Assembly: GCA_964453785.1 (NCBI GenBank)
Contig: CAYVRK010000014.1
Span: 8,868 to 72,867 of the forward strand
From: an uncultured Bacteroides sp.
GTDB lineage: Bacteria; Bacteroidota; Bacteroidia; Bacteroidales; GCA-2748055
DNA length: 64,000 bases
Direction of reading: 5' to 3'
In this document: in pieces, positions 37,855-47,817 of the stretch
Position numbering within the stretch: position 1 is the first letter of the stretch
Layout of the letters: every line of letters begins with the position of its first letter
Notes under the pieces: model-generated
Seen by the model: the letters and a program-made list of their open reading frames with translations, nothing else
What the model was told of the DNA's origin: nothing
Database searches by the model: none
Translations under genes and position numbers: made by a program

Positions 37855-40800
37855 ATGAGGAAAATCATTGAAAGGTTTGTTGAATATCCTGTATATGCCA
37901 ACCTGATTCTGGCTATTGTCATTCTGGCCGGCGGACTGAGCCTCCTATCCCTGAAAAAGTCGTTCTTTCCGGAAACCGAAAGCAGGTATCTGTCCGTATC
38001 GGTATTTTACCCGGGAGCCTCACCGGTCGAAATGGAGGAGGGGGTGACAACGAGGATTGAGGAAGCGGTTCGTGGATTGATCGGGATTAAGGAGATTACC
38101 TCCACTTCCGTGGAGAACATGAGCAACATATCCATCGAAACCACAGGAGAGTATCCCATCAATGAAGTGCTGCAGGAAGTAAAAAATGCCGTGGATGGAA
38201 TCTCCTCCTTGCCCACTGCTGCAGAGCGCCCTATCGTTTCAAAAAGAAGATCCCGGGCAGGTGCCATCCGCATGGAACTGGTGCCGGTGGATGGACAGGA
38301 CATGGATTTGATGACCCTGAAGGAACATGCCCAGCGCATTGAAGAGGATTTTCTGAACTCCGGGGTGGCCAGCCAGGTCTCCACGTCGGGTTATCCCCAG
38401 CCGGAGATTTCTGTAGAAATAATGGAAGAAGTTCTGCTGCGATACAACATCACATTTGACCAGATAGTAAGGGCCATACAGAACAACAACCAGGATATCT
38501 CCGGTGGAGAGATCAAGTCTAAGGAAGAGGAGTACCTGATCAGGCTGCGTTCCAGGAGTGCCGATCCTGGTAAGATCGGGAATATTATTCTACGCGGTGA
38601 ACCCGATGGAAGTTTTATCCACATCAGGGATGTGGCAGAAGTGAAGGTCAAATTTGCAGACTCCCCCAACAAGCAATGGACCAACGGGAAACCCTCAGTT
38701 TCCATCGATGTTGAGAAACTTCCCGAAGAGGACCTGGATGAGATTACCAAGTGGGCCAACAACTACATTAAAGCGTTCAACAACCGGAACCAGGGCGTGG
38801 AGATCATTGTCTCCAGGGCCTACCTGGACATTCTCAAGAGCCGGCTCGACCTGCTCACAAGAAATGGATTGCTCGGGTTGGTGCTTGTCATCATTTCCCT
38901 GTCCATGTTCCTGAGTTTCAGACTTTCTCTCTGGGTTTCCTGGAGTATTCCTTTCAGCTTCCTGGCCATGTTTGTGGCCGCACATTTTCTTGGTGTAACC
39001 CTCAACCTCCAGTCTCTCTTCGGGATGATTCTGGTGGTCGGAATCCTGGTGGATGACGGGATTGTTATTGCAGAAAACATCTACCTGCAATTTGAGCGGG
39101 GCAAAACCCCCATGCATGCTGCTGTGGATGGGACCATGGAAGTAATGCCTGCCGTAATGACTTCAGTGGCTACAACCATCGTGGCATTCTCTCCCCTGCT
39201 GTTCCTTAACGGAACCCGCATGGAAATGATGTATGATGTGGCCATCGTGGTGATTGCCTCTCTGTTTTTCTCACTCTTCGAAGCACTCCTGGTTCTCCCG
39301 GCCCACCTGGGAAATAAAAGAGTGTTGAGCCGGAAAAGCATTGAAGCCAAGAGCAAGGGAATTAAAAAGTACTTTGAAGGTTTTATCAACTGGCTGCGGG
39401 ACCGCGTTTATCATTATTTTCTCAACTGGCTGGTGAAATGGCGGTATATTGCGCTCAGTTTCCCCATTGCGCTGGTCCTGATTACCATAGGACTGTTCAT
39501 GGGAGGACACATCCGAAACACCTTTTTCCCCATGGTGGACTTCGACAGTTTTACATTGAATGTGGCCTTTACCCCGGGGGATGGTGAAAAGCAAACCCTT
39601 GAATTCCTGGATCGTTTTGAGAAAGCAGTCTGGGAGGTGAATGACGAAATTGTTGAGGAGATGGGACTGGACCATAACATCATCGAACGTACCAGCAAAA
39701 GACTGGGCAGTGCATTTGAGGGCCAGGAGCGGGGAGCCCATGCCGGAAGCATCAATGTCTACCCGGTAGACCTGGAAGGATATCCCATCTCCGGGAGGGA
39801 CATATCCACCAGGGTAAATGCAAAAATTGGCCGGGTTCCCGAATCTAGAAAATTTACGGTGGGGGGACGCAACCGGTGGGGATCTCCCGTATCGGTCGGA
39901 CTGATGTCCAAAAACCTGCAGGAACTTGAGGAAGCCAAAGAGTTTCTCCTTGCACGCCTGAATGAAATGCCCCAGTTAAAAGATGTGAATGAAAACATTG
40001 CACTGGGTAAACAGGAAATCCGTCTCAATCTGAAGCCAAAGGCCTATTTCCTGGGATTGGATGAAAATGCCATTGCAGGTCAGGTGAGACAGGGATTTTA
40101 CGGAGCCCAGGCCCAGCGCCTGCAGGTGGGCCGGGACGAACTCAGGGTCTGGGTTCGCTATCCCAAATCGGACCGCCTCACCCTGGGTCAGATGGAGGAC
40201 ATGAAGATCAAAACTCCTTCGGGAATCTATCCGCTGTCAGAGCTGGCCGACTACCACATGGAGCGCGGACCGGTGGCCATCAACCGTTTCAACGGATCGC
40301 GTGAGATCCGGGTGGAAGCAGAAACTGTTGATCCGCTGGCTTCTGTGCCGGAGATTCTCGAACAAATTGAACATCAGATCATGCCGGAGGTGATGTCACG
40401 GTTCTCCGGTATCCGGTATATCTACCAGGGACAACAGCGGTACAGCCGTGAAGCCATGGGTCAGGCAGGTAAATATTATATGCTTGCCTTTGCCATTATT
40501 TTTATGTTGCTGGTTCTTCATTTCCACAGCGTACCGAAAGCATTTATTATCATCCTGATGATACCCATTTCGCTGCTGGGGGTAGCCTGGGGACACGGTC
40601 TTCATGGACAGCCTCTCTCCATGATGAGCTTGTGGGGTGCTGTGGCGCTAACCGGGGTGGTCATTAATGATGCCATTGTGTTCTATTCCAAATTTGACGG
40701 CTTGCTTATCGAAGGGTGGAAAGTTCCGGAGGCTGTGAAAGAGGCTGGTAAAGTGAGGCTCAGACCCATCATCCTTACTTCCCTTACTACCTCCGTTGGT

Positions 40801-41055
40801 TTGTTTCCCATGCTTTTTGAAAAAAGTGTTCAGGCGCAGTTCCTGATCCCCATGGCCATCAGCCTGGCCTATGGTGTGGCCCTTGGAACAATCTTTATCC
40901 TGATCTTTTTCCCGGTACTTATCATGCTATTAAACGATGCCCGTGTTTACACCAGATATCTCTGGACAGGAGTAAGACCATCCAGGGAAGAGGTGGAAAC
41001 AGCCATCATCCAGAACGAAAGGAAACTCAAATTTGAGCGAAACAAATCCGTATAA
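37855..41055 (+). CDS. RND efflux permease (AcrB/D/F family)
   Basis: 1066 aa; YPGASP.EME, GILVDDGIVI.ENI, GVVINDAI, RLRPIILTSLTT. Confidence 0.95.
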   Translation: MRKIIERFVEYPVYANLILAIVILAGGLSLLSLKKSFFPETESRYLSVSVFYPGASPVEMEEGVTTRIEEAVRGLIGIKEITSTSVENMSNISIETTGEYPINEVLQEVKNAVDGISSLPTAAERPIVSKRRSRAGAIRMELVPVDGQDMDLMTLKEHAQRIEEDFLNSGVASQVSTSGYPQPEISVEIMEEVLLRYNITFDQIVRAIQNNNQDISGGEIKSKEEEYLIRLRSRSADPGKIGNIILRGEPDGSFIHIRDVAEVKVKFADSPNKQWTNGKPSVSIDVEKLPEEDLDEITKWANNYIKAFNNRNQGVEIIVSRAYLDILKSRLDLLTRNGLLGLVLVIISLSMFLSFRLSLWVSWSIPFSFLAMFVAAHFLGVTLNLQSLFGMILVVGILVDDGIVIAENIYLQFERGKTPMHAAVDGTMEVMPAVMTSVATTIVAFSPLLFLNGTRMEMMYDVAIVVIASLFFSLFEALLVLPAHLGNKRVLSRKSIEAKSKGIKKYFEGFINWLRDRVYHYFLNWLVKWRYIALSFPIALVLITIGLFMGGHIRNTFFPMVDFDSFTLNVAFTPGDGEKQTLEFLDRFEKAVWEVNDEIVEEMGLDHNIIERTSKRLGSAFEGQERGAHAGSINVYPVDLEGYPISGRDISTRVNAKIGRVPESRKFTVGGRNRWGSPVSVGLMSKNLQELEEAKEFLLARLNEMPQLKDVNENIALGKQEIRLNLKPKAYFLGLDENAIAGQVRQGFYGAQAQRLQVGRDELRVWVRYPKSDRLTLGQMEDMKIKTPSGIYPLSELADYHMERGPVAINRFNGSREIRVEAETVDPLASVPEILEQIEHQIMPEVMSRFSGIRYIYQGQQRYSREAMGQAGKYYMLAFAIIFMLLVLHFHSVPKAFIIILMIPISLLGVAWGHGLHGQPLSMMSLWGAVALTGVVINDAIVFYSKFDGLLIEGWKVPEAVKEAGKVRLRPIILTSLTTSVGLFPMLFEKSVQAQFLIPMAISLAYGVALGTIFILIFFPVLIMLLNDARVYTRYLWTGVRPSREEVETAIIQNERKLKFERNKSV

Positions 41056-41056
41056 A

Positions 41057-42352
41057 ATGACTCAGAAGAGAAGACATATATTTTCCATGGCTTTCTTTGC
41101 CTTTTTTACCATGGCAGTGTTTCCGCAGGAAGAACTTACCCTCTCCGGGGCCATCGGCCGGGCCATGGAAAACAATTACGGACTGATCATTTCAAGAGCC
41201 GAAACTGAGATAGCCGGCATCAACAACAATTGGGGAAATGCCGGCCGTTATCCCACCATCGGGTTTGAAGCTTCGGAAAACAACAGTTATGACCTGCGGG
41301 ACGAGTCGTTCAGTAGCAGATTCTCAGCCGGTGTTGGGCTCAACTGGGTCCTCTTTGACGGTTTCAGGGTAAACATGACCAAAACCAAGCTCGGACAAAT
41401 GGAAATGCTGTCAGAGGGCAGGCTGGGAGTGCTGATCGAGAGCACCATTGAGGATGTGATCCTTGCCTATTACAACGTACTGCTGCAACAGGAACAGCTG
41501 AAGGTGCTTCAGACGGTGATGGAACTCTCCGATGACAGGTACCACTATGAACTGGATCGGAAATCCCTGGGCGGTTCTGTTACCTACAATGTTCTGCAGG
41601 CACAGAACGTATATCTCACGGATAAGGCCAATTACCTGAACCAGGAAATGGAAGTCAGAAATACAGTTCGCAACCTGAATTTTCTGATGGGCATTGAGCC
41701 CACCATCACCTGGGAGTTTGGTGACTCCTTTGAAGCAGATACTTCAAGGTATCAGCTTGGTGACCTGCTGTCGAAAATGAAGTCCAGCAACCAGACACTG
41801 AAGAATCAATATACCAACCTGATGCTGCAGGAAAATGCAAGCTCTATCAGCAAGAGTGCTTACGCTCCAACTTTTTCCGTGGGAGCGGGAATCGATTTAA
41901 GCGAGTCATGGACCGCTCAGGCAAATCAATCCACGGTCAACAGCAGTATTGCCCCTTATGGAAACCTGAGGCTCTCCTACGACATCTACAGTGCCGGAGT
42001 CCGGAAACGATCCGTGGAGGTCGCCCGGATCAATGAAGAAGTGGCCAGGGTCGAAATCCAGGAGATGGAACATGCCCTGACCAATGAGTTGTTCAACCTT
42101 TATGACTACTATGAAGTACGCATTGAATTGCTGAATGTGGCCATCGAAAACATGGCAGCAGCTGAACTGAACCTCTCCATTTCGGAAGAGAAATACAAAA
42201 CCGGCGTGATCAACTCGTTCAATTACAGGGATGTTCAGCTGATTTATCTGAATGCCGCCGTACGGTATCTGCAGTCTGTTTACGGTCTGATCAATTCCAA
42301 AACCCAGCTCACAAGGATCACCGGCGGATTCCTGGGAACCAGCTCGCAGTAA
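41057..42352 (+). CDS. TolC-family outer-membrane channel
   Basis: LTL..AI..A.ENN, VILAYYNVL, A..NL..SEEKY..G. Confidence 0.9.
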   Translation: MTQKRRHIFSMAFFAFFTMAVFPQEELTLSGAIGRAMENNYGLIISRAETEIAGINNNWGNAGRYPTIGFEASENNSYDLRDESFSSRFSAGVGLNWVLFDGFRVNMTKTKLGQMEMLSEGRLGVLIESTIEDVILAYYNVLLQQEQLKVLQTVMELSDDRYHYELDRKSLGGSVTYNVLQAQNVYLTDKANYLNQEMEVRNTVRNLNFLMGIEPTITWEFGDSFEADTSRYQLGDLLSKMKSSNQTLKNQYTNLMLQENASSISKSAYAPTFSVGAGIDLSESWTAQANQSTVNSSIAPYGNLRLSYDIYSAGVRKRSVEVARINEEVARVEIQEMEHALTNELFNLYDYYEVRIELLNVAIENMAAAELNLSISEEKYKTGVINSFNYRDVQLIYLNAAVRYLQSVYGLINSKTQLTRITGGFLGTSSQ

Positions 42353-42443
42353 TACGCTGAGAACTGTACATTTTCCAACAGCGCTTGACAAAGCCGGAAT
42401 AGTATCATAACTTGCAGATACTCTAATCACTAAACTCAAATTG

Positions 42444-43790
42444 ATGTCACGATCAAACCTCTTATCTGTTTGGGTGAGCGTTACATTCTTTCTGGTTCTG
42501 ACCAGTTGTACCCGCGATACCCGGTTTACAAATGAGATCATTCATATTGAAGGCGTTTCCAGAGCCTGCAATATCACTACTTCCTATGTCTGGTTCGGTT
42601 CCGCCAGTGAATCCGAGGCGCAACCGGAAGTGCGTCTGCCCGCATCGGATGGGGACCTTATCTATATGTTGAACGAGGATGGTTCAAATCTATATTACCG
42701 GTACAACCCGGATGACGGGATTCACCTGGTGATATCACAGGATACCATGAAACCGTACCTGTTCTTTATCAATGGTATGCTGAGTCAGTTTGAAGTGACT
42801 TCAGAGACCATTCACAGTCTGAATGAGGAACTCTTCACTTTGAAGCCCGGCCGGTTCCCAACCTTGCTGTTCAGTGATTCCCTTACCGGGACCATGATCA
42901 TGGAGCTGAAGAAGCTGCCGGAAAACTCCGGAGGATCGGGAATTCTTATTGAACATGATCTTTCAACCGGGACATTTCAGGACCTCATCTCCATCTGCAG
43001 ACCCAGCTGGCTGGTTGCAGAATCCCTCCCGGCAGGATCAGGAACAGACCGGTGGAAACTCCCCAAAGAACTGGAACTCCTGTGGATCACGGGGGCGCCC
43101 CTGTTATTCTCCGGGGATGACCTGTGTCAGGGAAACCTGGAATCGCTGATCATTGCTGAATGGTTGCCGGCCCGGGATGAAGTGATCCGTCTTTCTGGCC
43201 TGAAGAAACTTCATACACTCACACTGGCCAGCTGTAAAATACCCGATCTGTCGCCCATCCAGTTTCCGCGAAGCTTAAAGCGATTGTTTCTGGTCGGATG
43301 TGAAGAGCTTACCGATATTGCCGGTATTCCGTCCCTGAAATGTTTTGGAATGTCAGGCAGCCGTGATATATCATCCCTGGAACCTGTCAGGGAATTACCG
43401 GAACTTACGCGATTGGCATTCCCCGGCAACACCTCCCAGGAGGATTTTGAATCTGTCATTGAGTGGCTTCCTCATCTGGAAGTGGTAGAACTGATCGATT
43501 GTCCGGAGATCCATGACCTTTCTCCCCTGCAACAAAGCAGGAACCTGGAAATCCTGATTCTTCGTCCCGACTCGATTTTACCAGAACATATCGGATCCCT
43601 GGACCAGCTGGAACTGATCATTATAAGCGAAAAAATATTTGGAAATTCTCCGGAGTTTATCTCCGAACTCCGTTCACAACTCCCAAATACAATGATAGTT
43701 CCCGGCAGCGGACTGTGTCTGGGCTCGGGTTGGTTGTTGCTGATTCTCCCCATGGTGATTGCTGCAAGGTTCTTTTTCAAAAGAAAGTAA
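42444..43790 (+). CDS. Leucine-rich-repeat lipoprotein with a C-terminal Gly/Cys-TM-basic tail
   Basis: Lipobox LTSC; LRRs (LKKLHTLTLASCKIPDLSPI, LPHLEVVELIDCPEIHDLSPL); ends PGSGLCLGSGWLLLILPMVIAARFFFKRK. Confidence 0.8.
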   Translation: MSRSNLLSVWVSVTFFLVLTSCTRDTRFTNEIIHIEGVSRACNITTSYVWFGSASESEAQPEVRLPASDGDLIYMLNEDGSNLYYRYNPDDGIHLVISQDTMKPYLFFINGMLSQFEVTSETIHSLNEELFTLKPGRFPTLLFSDSLTGTMIMELKKLPENSGGSGILIEHDLSTGTFQDLISICRPSWLVAESLPAGSGTDRWKLPKELELLWITGAPLLFSGDDLCQGNLESLIIAEWLPARDEVIRLSGLKKLHTLTLASCKIPDLSPIQFPRSLKRLFLVGCEELTDIAGIPSLKCFGMSGSRDISSLEPVRELPELTRLAFPGNTSQEDFESVIEWLPHLEVVELIDCPEIHDLSPLQQSRNLEILILRPDSILPEHIGSLDQLELIIISEKIFGNSPEFISELRSQLPNTMIVPGSGLCLGSGWLLLILPMVIAARFFFKRK

Positions 43791-44469
43791 AAAACCCTCT
43801 GCCCTGGAACCTCTCCGGAATAGTGCGCTTTGTACCAGGCAGAACCTGCAACGAATCAGAGACGTGTCAGGAGCTGTGACCGGAATTTTGCTGTTTGCCC
43901 TGTTCGTTCATGATCCCGGGGCCCTAAGGGTCCTGGCTTATGCCAGCCTTGCGGCTTCAACAGTATGGATCGGCTATTCCACATGTCATGTTTCTCTCCT
44001 CAAGGTATGCGGAATTACACTACCTGGCCGCCGTACCCTGTTGTGCATTCTTCCGGCTCTACTACTGGGTGCCTTTCTGGGCATAGCCACGCGGAACAGG
44101 TTCGGGCTTTCTTTGATCCCCTTGACCCTGGGAAGGGTGGCTTTGGTGGCTCCCTGTATCGGGGCCTTTGAGGAGATTCTCTTCAGGGGATATATCCAGG
44201 GCACCCTTCAACCAGCAGGCAGAATCCTTTCCGTTGTGATTGCGGCCATAACCCACGCTGCCTATAAACTGCTCCTGATCTGTTCCTTTCCCGGACCCCT
44301 GCAATTCGATCTTTTATTTCTCGGGCTTTGGACCTTTGCAGGTGGACTGGCTTTCGGGATCCTGAAGGAACTGTCGGGAAACACGATACCCCCGGTAATC
44401 GCCCATGCGCTGTTTGACATCATCCTTTACGGAGGATTGTCTGTGGCACCGGCATGGGTCTGGGGCTAA
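43759..44469 (+). CDS. CPBP/Abi (Rce1-like) glutamic intramembrane protease; start uncertain (TTG 43759 or GTG 43864)
   Basis: FEEILFRG, downstream H (THAAY), HALFD; multiple TMs. Confidence 0.85.
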   Translation: MLQGSFSKESKKPSALEPLRNSALCTRQNLQRIRDVSGAVTGILLFALFVHDPGALRVLAYASLAASTVWIGYSTCHVSLLKVCGITLPGRRTLLCILPALLLGAFLGIATRNRFGLSLIPLTLGRVALVAPCIGAFEEILFRGYIQGTLQPAGRILSVVIAAITHAAYKLLLICSFPGPLQFDLLFLGLWTFAGGLAFGILKELSGNTIPPVIAHALFDIILYGGLSVAPAWVWG

Positions 44470-44607
44470 GTGAAGAGAAAGGACATGTTCAACATCATCT
44501 GTGCGAATTGTATACAGTTTGTTCTTATTCAATATATTTAAAGACGGAAACCTGATTGGGCTGAACTTCACAGTATGCAAACAGATCAACATTAAAAACC
44601 TATAGAT

Positions 44608-45018
44608 ATGGCCAACAACTATTTTTGTCCCGTTTGCAAAAGCAACATGAACATTGGAAATTCTTTGGTCTTTTCCGCCAAATCGCCAGACAACGTAAAG
44701 GGACTGATTTTTTTGGATACAGAACTGGGTGACTACACCAAAACCACCCACCCTGATTTTGAACTGCAGGAAGGCGTGAAATACACATTCTATTGCCCCA
44801 TTTGTCACGCCAAGCTGAACAAGAGGGAGAATCCAAACCTGGTGAAAATACTTATGACCGATGATTCAGATAAGGAGTGTGAGATCAATATCTCCAACAT
44901 CATAGGTGAATTTTGCACATACAAAATACTGGATAAAGAGACTGAGGCATTCGGTCCCGATGCAGACCATTACCGGAAATACCTTGATTTACCAAAAGAA
45001 TATCACAAATACTTATAG
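44608..45018 (+). CDS. Small soluble protein with two CxxC motifs (putative zinc-binding)
   Basis: YFCPVC and FYCPICH. Confidence 0.65.
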   Translation: MANNYFCPVCKSNMNIGNSLVFSAKSPDNVKGLIFLDTELGDYTKTTHPDFELQEGVKYTFYCPICHAKLNKRENPNLVKILMTDDSDKECEINISNIIGEFCTYKILDKETEAFGPDADHYRKYLDLPKEYHKYL

Positions 45019-45105
45019 AGACACATCCTTTTATTCCGAAGGCAGATCATATATATTTTATAACTTCGTTATTATATCAAACATAACGATTTAATCATTT
45101 CCCAA

Positions 45106-45720
45106 ATGAAACTGATCCGCCATCCATTCGTTTTCGCTCTTGTTCTATCTGGGCTGTTTGCATCTCCCATACGGTCCGTATATGCGCAGGCTGACATGCC
45201 TCCGGTCATGGATTCAGCCACATTCGAGGCCCAGATGGAATACCTCCAGGAAAAGACCAGGATCTACAATGGTTTCAGGGCCATCCGGGATGATATATTC
45301 CTTAAAATGAAGGAGAATGCACTTGACTCAATGGCAAAAGAAAAACTGGAAGTAGCGCGGTTAAACAGCGAGATGAGTGAGCGTGATTTCCAGATTGAAT
45401 CACTGAATTCGGACCTGGTCCGGGCCAGGAATGAAAGAGATCAGGCCATCCGGACAAAAGACAGTTTCTCTTTCCTGGGTATCCAGATGCAAAAAGGTCT
45501 CTATAACACAATCATGTGGATCATTGTGCTGGGGCTTGCTTCTCTGGCAGTGATTCTCTTCCTGCTGTTCAAGCGAAGCCATGTGGTCACCGTTCAGACC
45601 AAGAAGGAGTTGGAAAATATCCAGGAAGCATTTGAGGAGTACCGGAAAAGCTCCAGGGAGAAATATGAAAAGCTGGTGGTCTCACATCACAGTGAAATCA
45701 TGAAACTGAAGCGTTCATGA
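45106..45720 (+). CDS. Signal-peptide/coiled-coil/TM protein of unknown function
   Basis: Signal peptide, coiled coil, KDSFSFLG, TM IMWIIVLGLASLAVILFLLF, C-terminal coiled coil. Confidence 0.65.
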   Translation: MKLIRHPFVFALVLSGLFASPIRSVYAQADMPPVMDSATFEAQMEYLQEKTRIYNGFRAIRDDIFLKMKENALDSMAKEKLEVARLNSEMSERDFQIESLNSDLVRARNERDQAIRTKDSFSFLGIQMQKGLYNTIMWIIVLGLASLAVILFLLFKRSHVVTVQTKKELENIQEAFEEYRKSSREKYEKLVVSHHSEIMKLKRS

Positions 45721-46619
45721 TTATATCAAGAGGAAATATTGGATTCATTGGCCTGGGAGTCATGGGAAAACCCATGAGTCTGAACCTGTTGAAAGCAGGA
45801 TATCACCTGACGGTATATGACATAAGGCCCGAAATGGTTGCAGAGGTAATGAAAGCCGGCGCTGTGGAAGGCGGCTCTCCATCCCGGGTGGCGGCAGAAA
45901 GTGATACCATTATTACCATGTTGCCCGACTCTCCCCAGGTGGAGGAGGTGATCCTCGGAAAAGAGGGTGTGCTGGAGGGGGCCAGACCGGGAAGCCTGAT
46001 CATCGATATGAGTTCCATCGCTCCCAGGGTTGCGGTTCAGATTTCTGAAGCTGCCGCATTGAAAGGTGTTGGTATGCTTGATGCGCCTGTAAGCGGGGGT
46101 GAACCCAAAGCCATCGATGGTACACTTTCCATCATGGTTGGGGGGGAGACCGGCTATTTCGAACGGGCCGAAGAGATTCTACTGACCATGGGTGCATCGG
46201 CTGTTTTGATGGGGAGCATCGGAAGTGGAAACATTACCAAACTGGCCAACCAGATCATGGTGGCCATTCACCTTGCGGCCATGTCAGAAGCAATGGTGTT
46301 TGCCGAAAAGGCCGGTGTCGATAGTGAAAAGGTATACCGGGCCATCAGGGGAGGCCTGGCCGGAAGTGCTGTGCTTGATGCAAAAATGCCTCTTATCCTT
46401 GAAAGGAATTTCAAACCCGGAGGCCCCATCCGGATGCATACCAAAGACCTGGTAAATGTCCGGGATACTGCATTTGAAATTGATGCACCTATCCCGCTTA
46501 CAACCCAGGTAATGGAGTTTATGAAAGCCCTGAAAGCTGATGGCCTGGAGGGTGATGACCACGGCGGCCTTATTCAGTACCATGAAAAATTGGCCGGGGT
46601 TACTGTAAAACGAAAATAG
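45717..46619 (+). CDS. garR: 2-hydroxy-3-oxopropionate (tartronate semialdehyde) reductase
   Basis: GFIGLGVMG.PM, MLPDSPQV, DAPVSGGEPKAIDGTL, KLANQ, GGLAGS.VL.AK, DHG...QY.EKLA. Confidence 0.85.
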   Translation: MIISRGNIGFIGLGVMGKPMSLNLLKAGYHLTVYDIRPEMVAEVMKAGAVEGGSPSRVAAESDTIITMLPDSPQVEEVILGKEGVLEGARPGSLIIDMSSIAPRVAVQISEAAALKGVGMLDAPVSGGEPKAIDGTLSIMVGGETGYFERAEEILLTMGASAVLMGSIGSGNITKLANQIMVAIHLAAMSEAMVFAEKAGVDSEKVYRAIRGGLAGSAVLDAKMPLILERNFKPGGPIRMHTKDLVNVRDTAFEIDAPIPLTTQVMEFMKALKADGLEGDDHGGLIQYHEKLAGVTVKRK

Positions 46620-46631
46620 TACTTCCCTTTC

Positions 46632-47657
46632 TCAAGCTTTCAAAGAGCCGCTGTAAAGGGCCACTTCATTTTTCCGCTGGTTGGCACTCAGGATATAATC
46701 CCTGTTTTCAAAAGCAAAAACCTGGGTTTGAGTCGGTCCTGCTTCTTCCTCAATAACATTCCGGTTTACAGCGCCTTTATCGAGGTTATCTACAGTAAAT
46801 ATTTCAAGGGCAAGAGAATCCCTGCGGTTGCCGGCCACAATCACCGGTTCCCCGTTGAACATGCCGCTGCTGAGGCCATGACCGAAGGAAAGGGAATCGG
46901 AGAATTTCAGTTTCCAATGACCGTCAAACCGTTTATAGATATTCAAAGCACTTCCATGAAAAGGTTCAATGGTGATCAATTCCAAAACCCCATCCCCATC
47001 CAGGTCCGCAAAGCCCATTTCACTTACCTCCCTGTCGAAAACCTGTTTTATTTCGATGCCCCCTGAAACAGCTGAACTTAATGCAAAAATTCCCTCTACT
47101 CCGGAGACACAAAGAGCTTCACGGCCATTGAAGCTGGTTTTAGTCATTCCGTGGTTGCGGGTAATCCCGGAATCCAGCAGCTGCGATCCCCAGCTTTCAG
47201 TGAGGCTTTCACCGGGAGTTAACAGGTAGATTTCCCCGGGCTTCGACCAATCCTGTGGGTTTTCCTTATGTTGGCTTACACTGGCTGCCACCAGAACTGA
47301 GCCGCCTTCAAGATGAAGGAATTCGCACCGGTGTGCAAAAGGGAGATCCATTGCTTTTGAAGTTTCCCAGCTATTTCCATGACGAATGTGAATATACAGG
47401 GCAGCATCTTTACCGATAAAAGGCGGGAAGAGTCCCATAATGGAGACATATGCATCCGGGTTTCCGGGAATAGGAATGAAACTCATCATCCCTCCCGGAC
47501 AGTGATCCGGTTGCTCCATCTTTTCTGTGGCCAGATTGTACAACTGAACCACCGGCTCGGTCTCAGAACCTGCCCCTATAAAGAATTGAGAACCCGACTG
47601 AAATGCGTGGGCCGTATACACATTTTTAATCTTCAGTATGTTTTGCTTTTTCAACAT
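46632..47657 (-). CDS. FG-GAP/VCBS-like beta-propeller protein, no signal peptide
   Basis: ADLDGDGVLELITIEPFHG repeat; repeated G....H motifs (PFAHR, ITRNHG, FGHG). Confidence 0.55.
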   Translation of the reverse strand: MLKKQNILKIKNVYTAHAFQSGSQFFIGAGSETEPVVQLYNLATEKMEQPDHCPGGMMSFIPIPGNPDAYVSIMGLFPPFIGKDAALYIHIRHGNSWETSKAMDLPFAHRCEFLHLEGGSVLVAASVSQHKENPQDWSKPGEIYLLTPGESLTESWGSQLLDSGITRNHGMTKTSFNGREALCVSGVEGIFALSSAVSGGIEIKQVFDREVSEMGFADLDGDGVLELITIEPFHGSALNIYKRFDGHWKLKFSDSLSFGHGLSSGMFNGEPVIVAGNRRDSLALEIFTVDNLDKGAVNRNVIEEEAGPTQTQVFAFENRDYILSANQRKNEVALYSGSLKA

Positions 47658-47817
47658 GATGCACGGAGTTTTTTATAAATATAAGGGAATCATTCCATTT
47701 TTTATAAGGCAATACCTGCAGAGATGAATCCCGGGCGGAACAGAGAGAATTTCACAATCTATCAACAATGCTGGTCATTGATCCGATTGATCCATATCTT
47801 TAGGGAAAACCCCATTA

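Noticed and set aside
45106-45720. Possible tRNA methyltransferase label for this protein type
   Set aside because: The sequence shows signal peptide, coiled coil and TM, with no SPOUT or Rossmann methyltransferase motifs.
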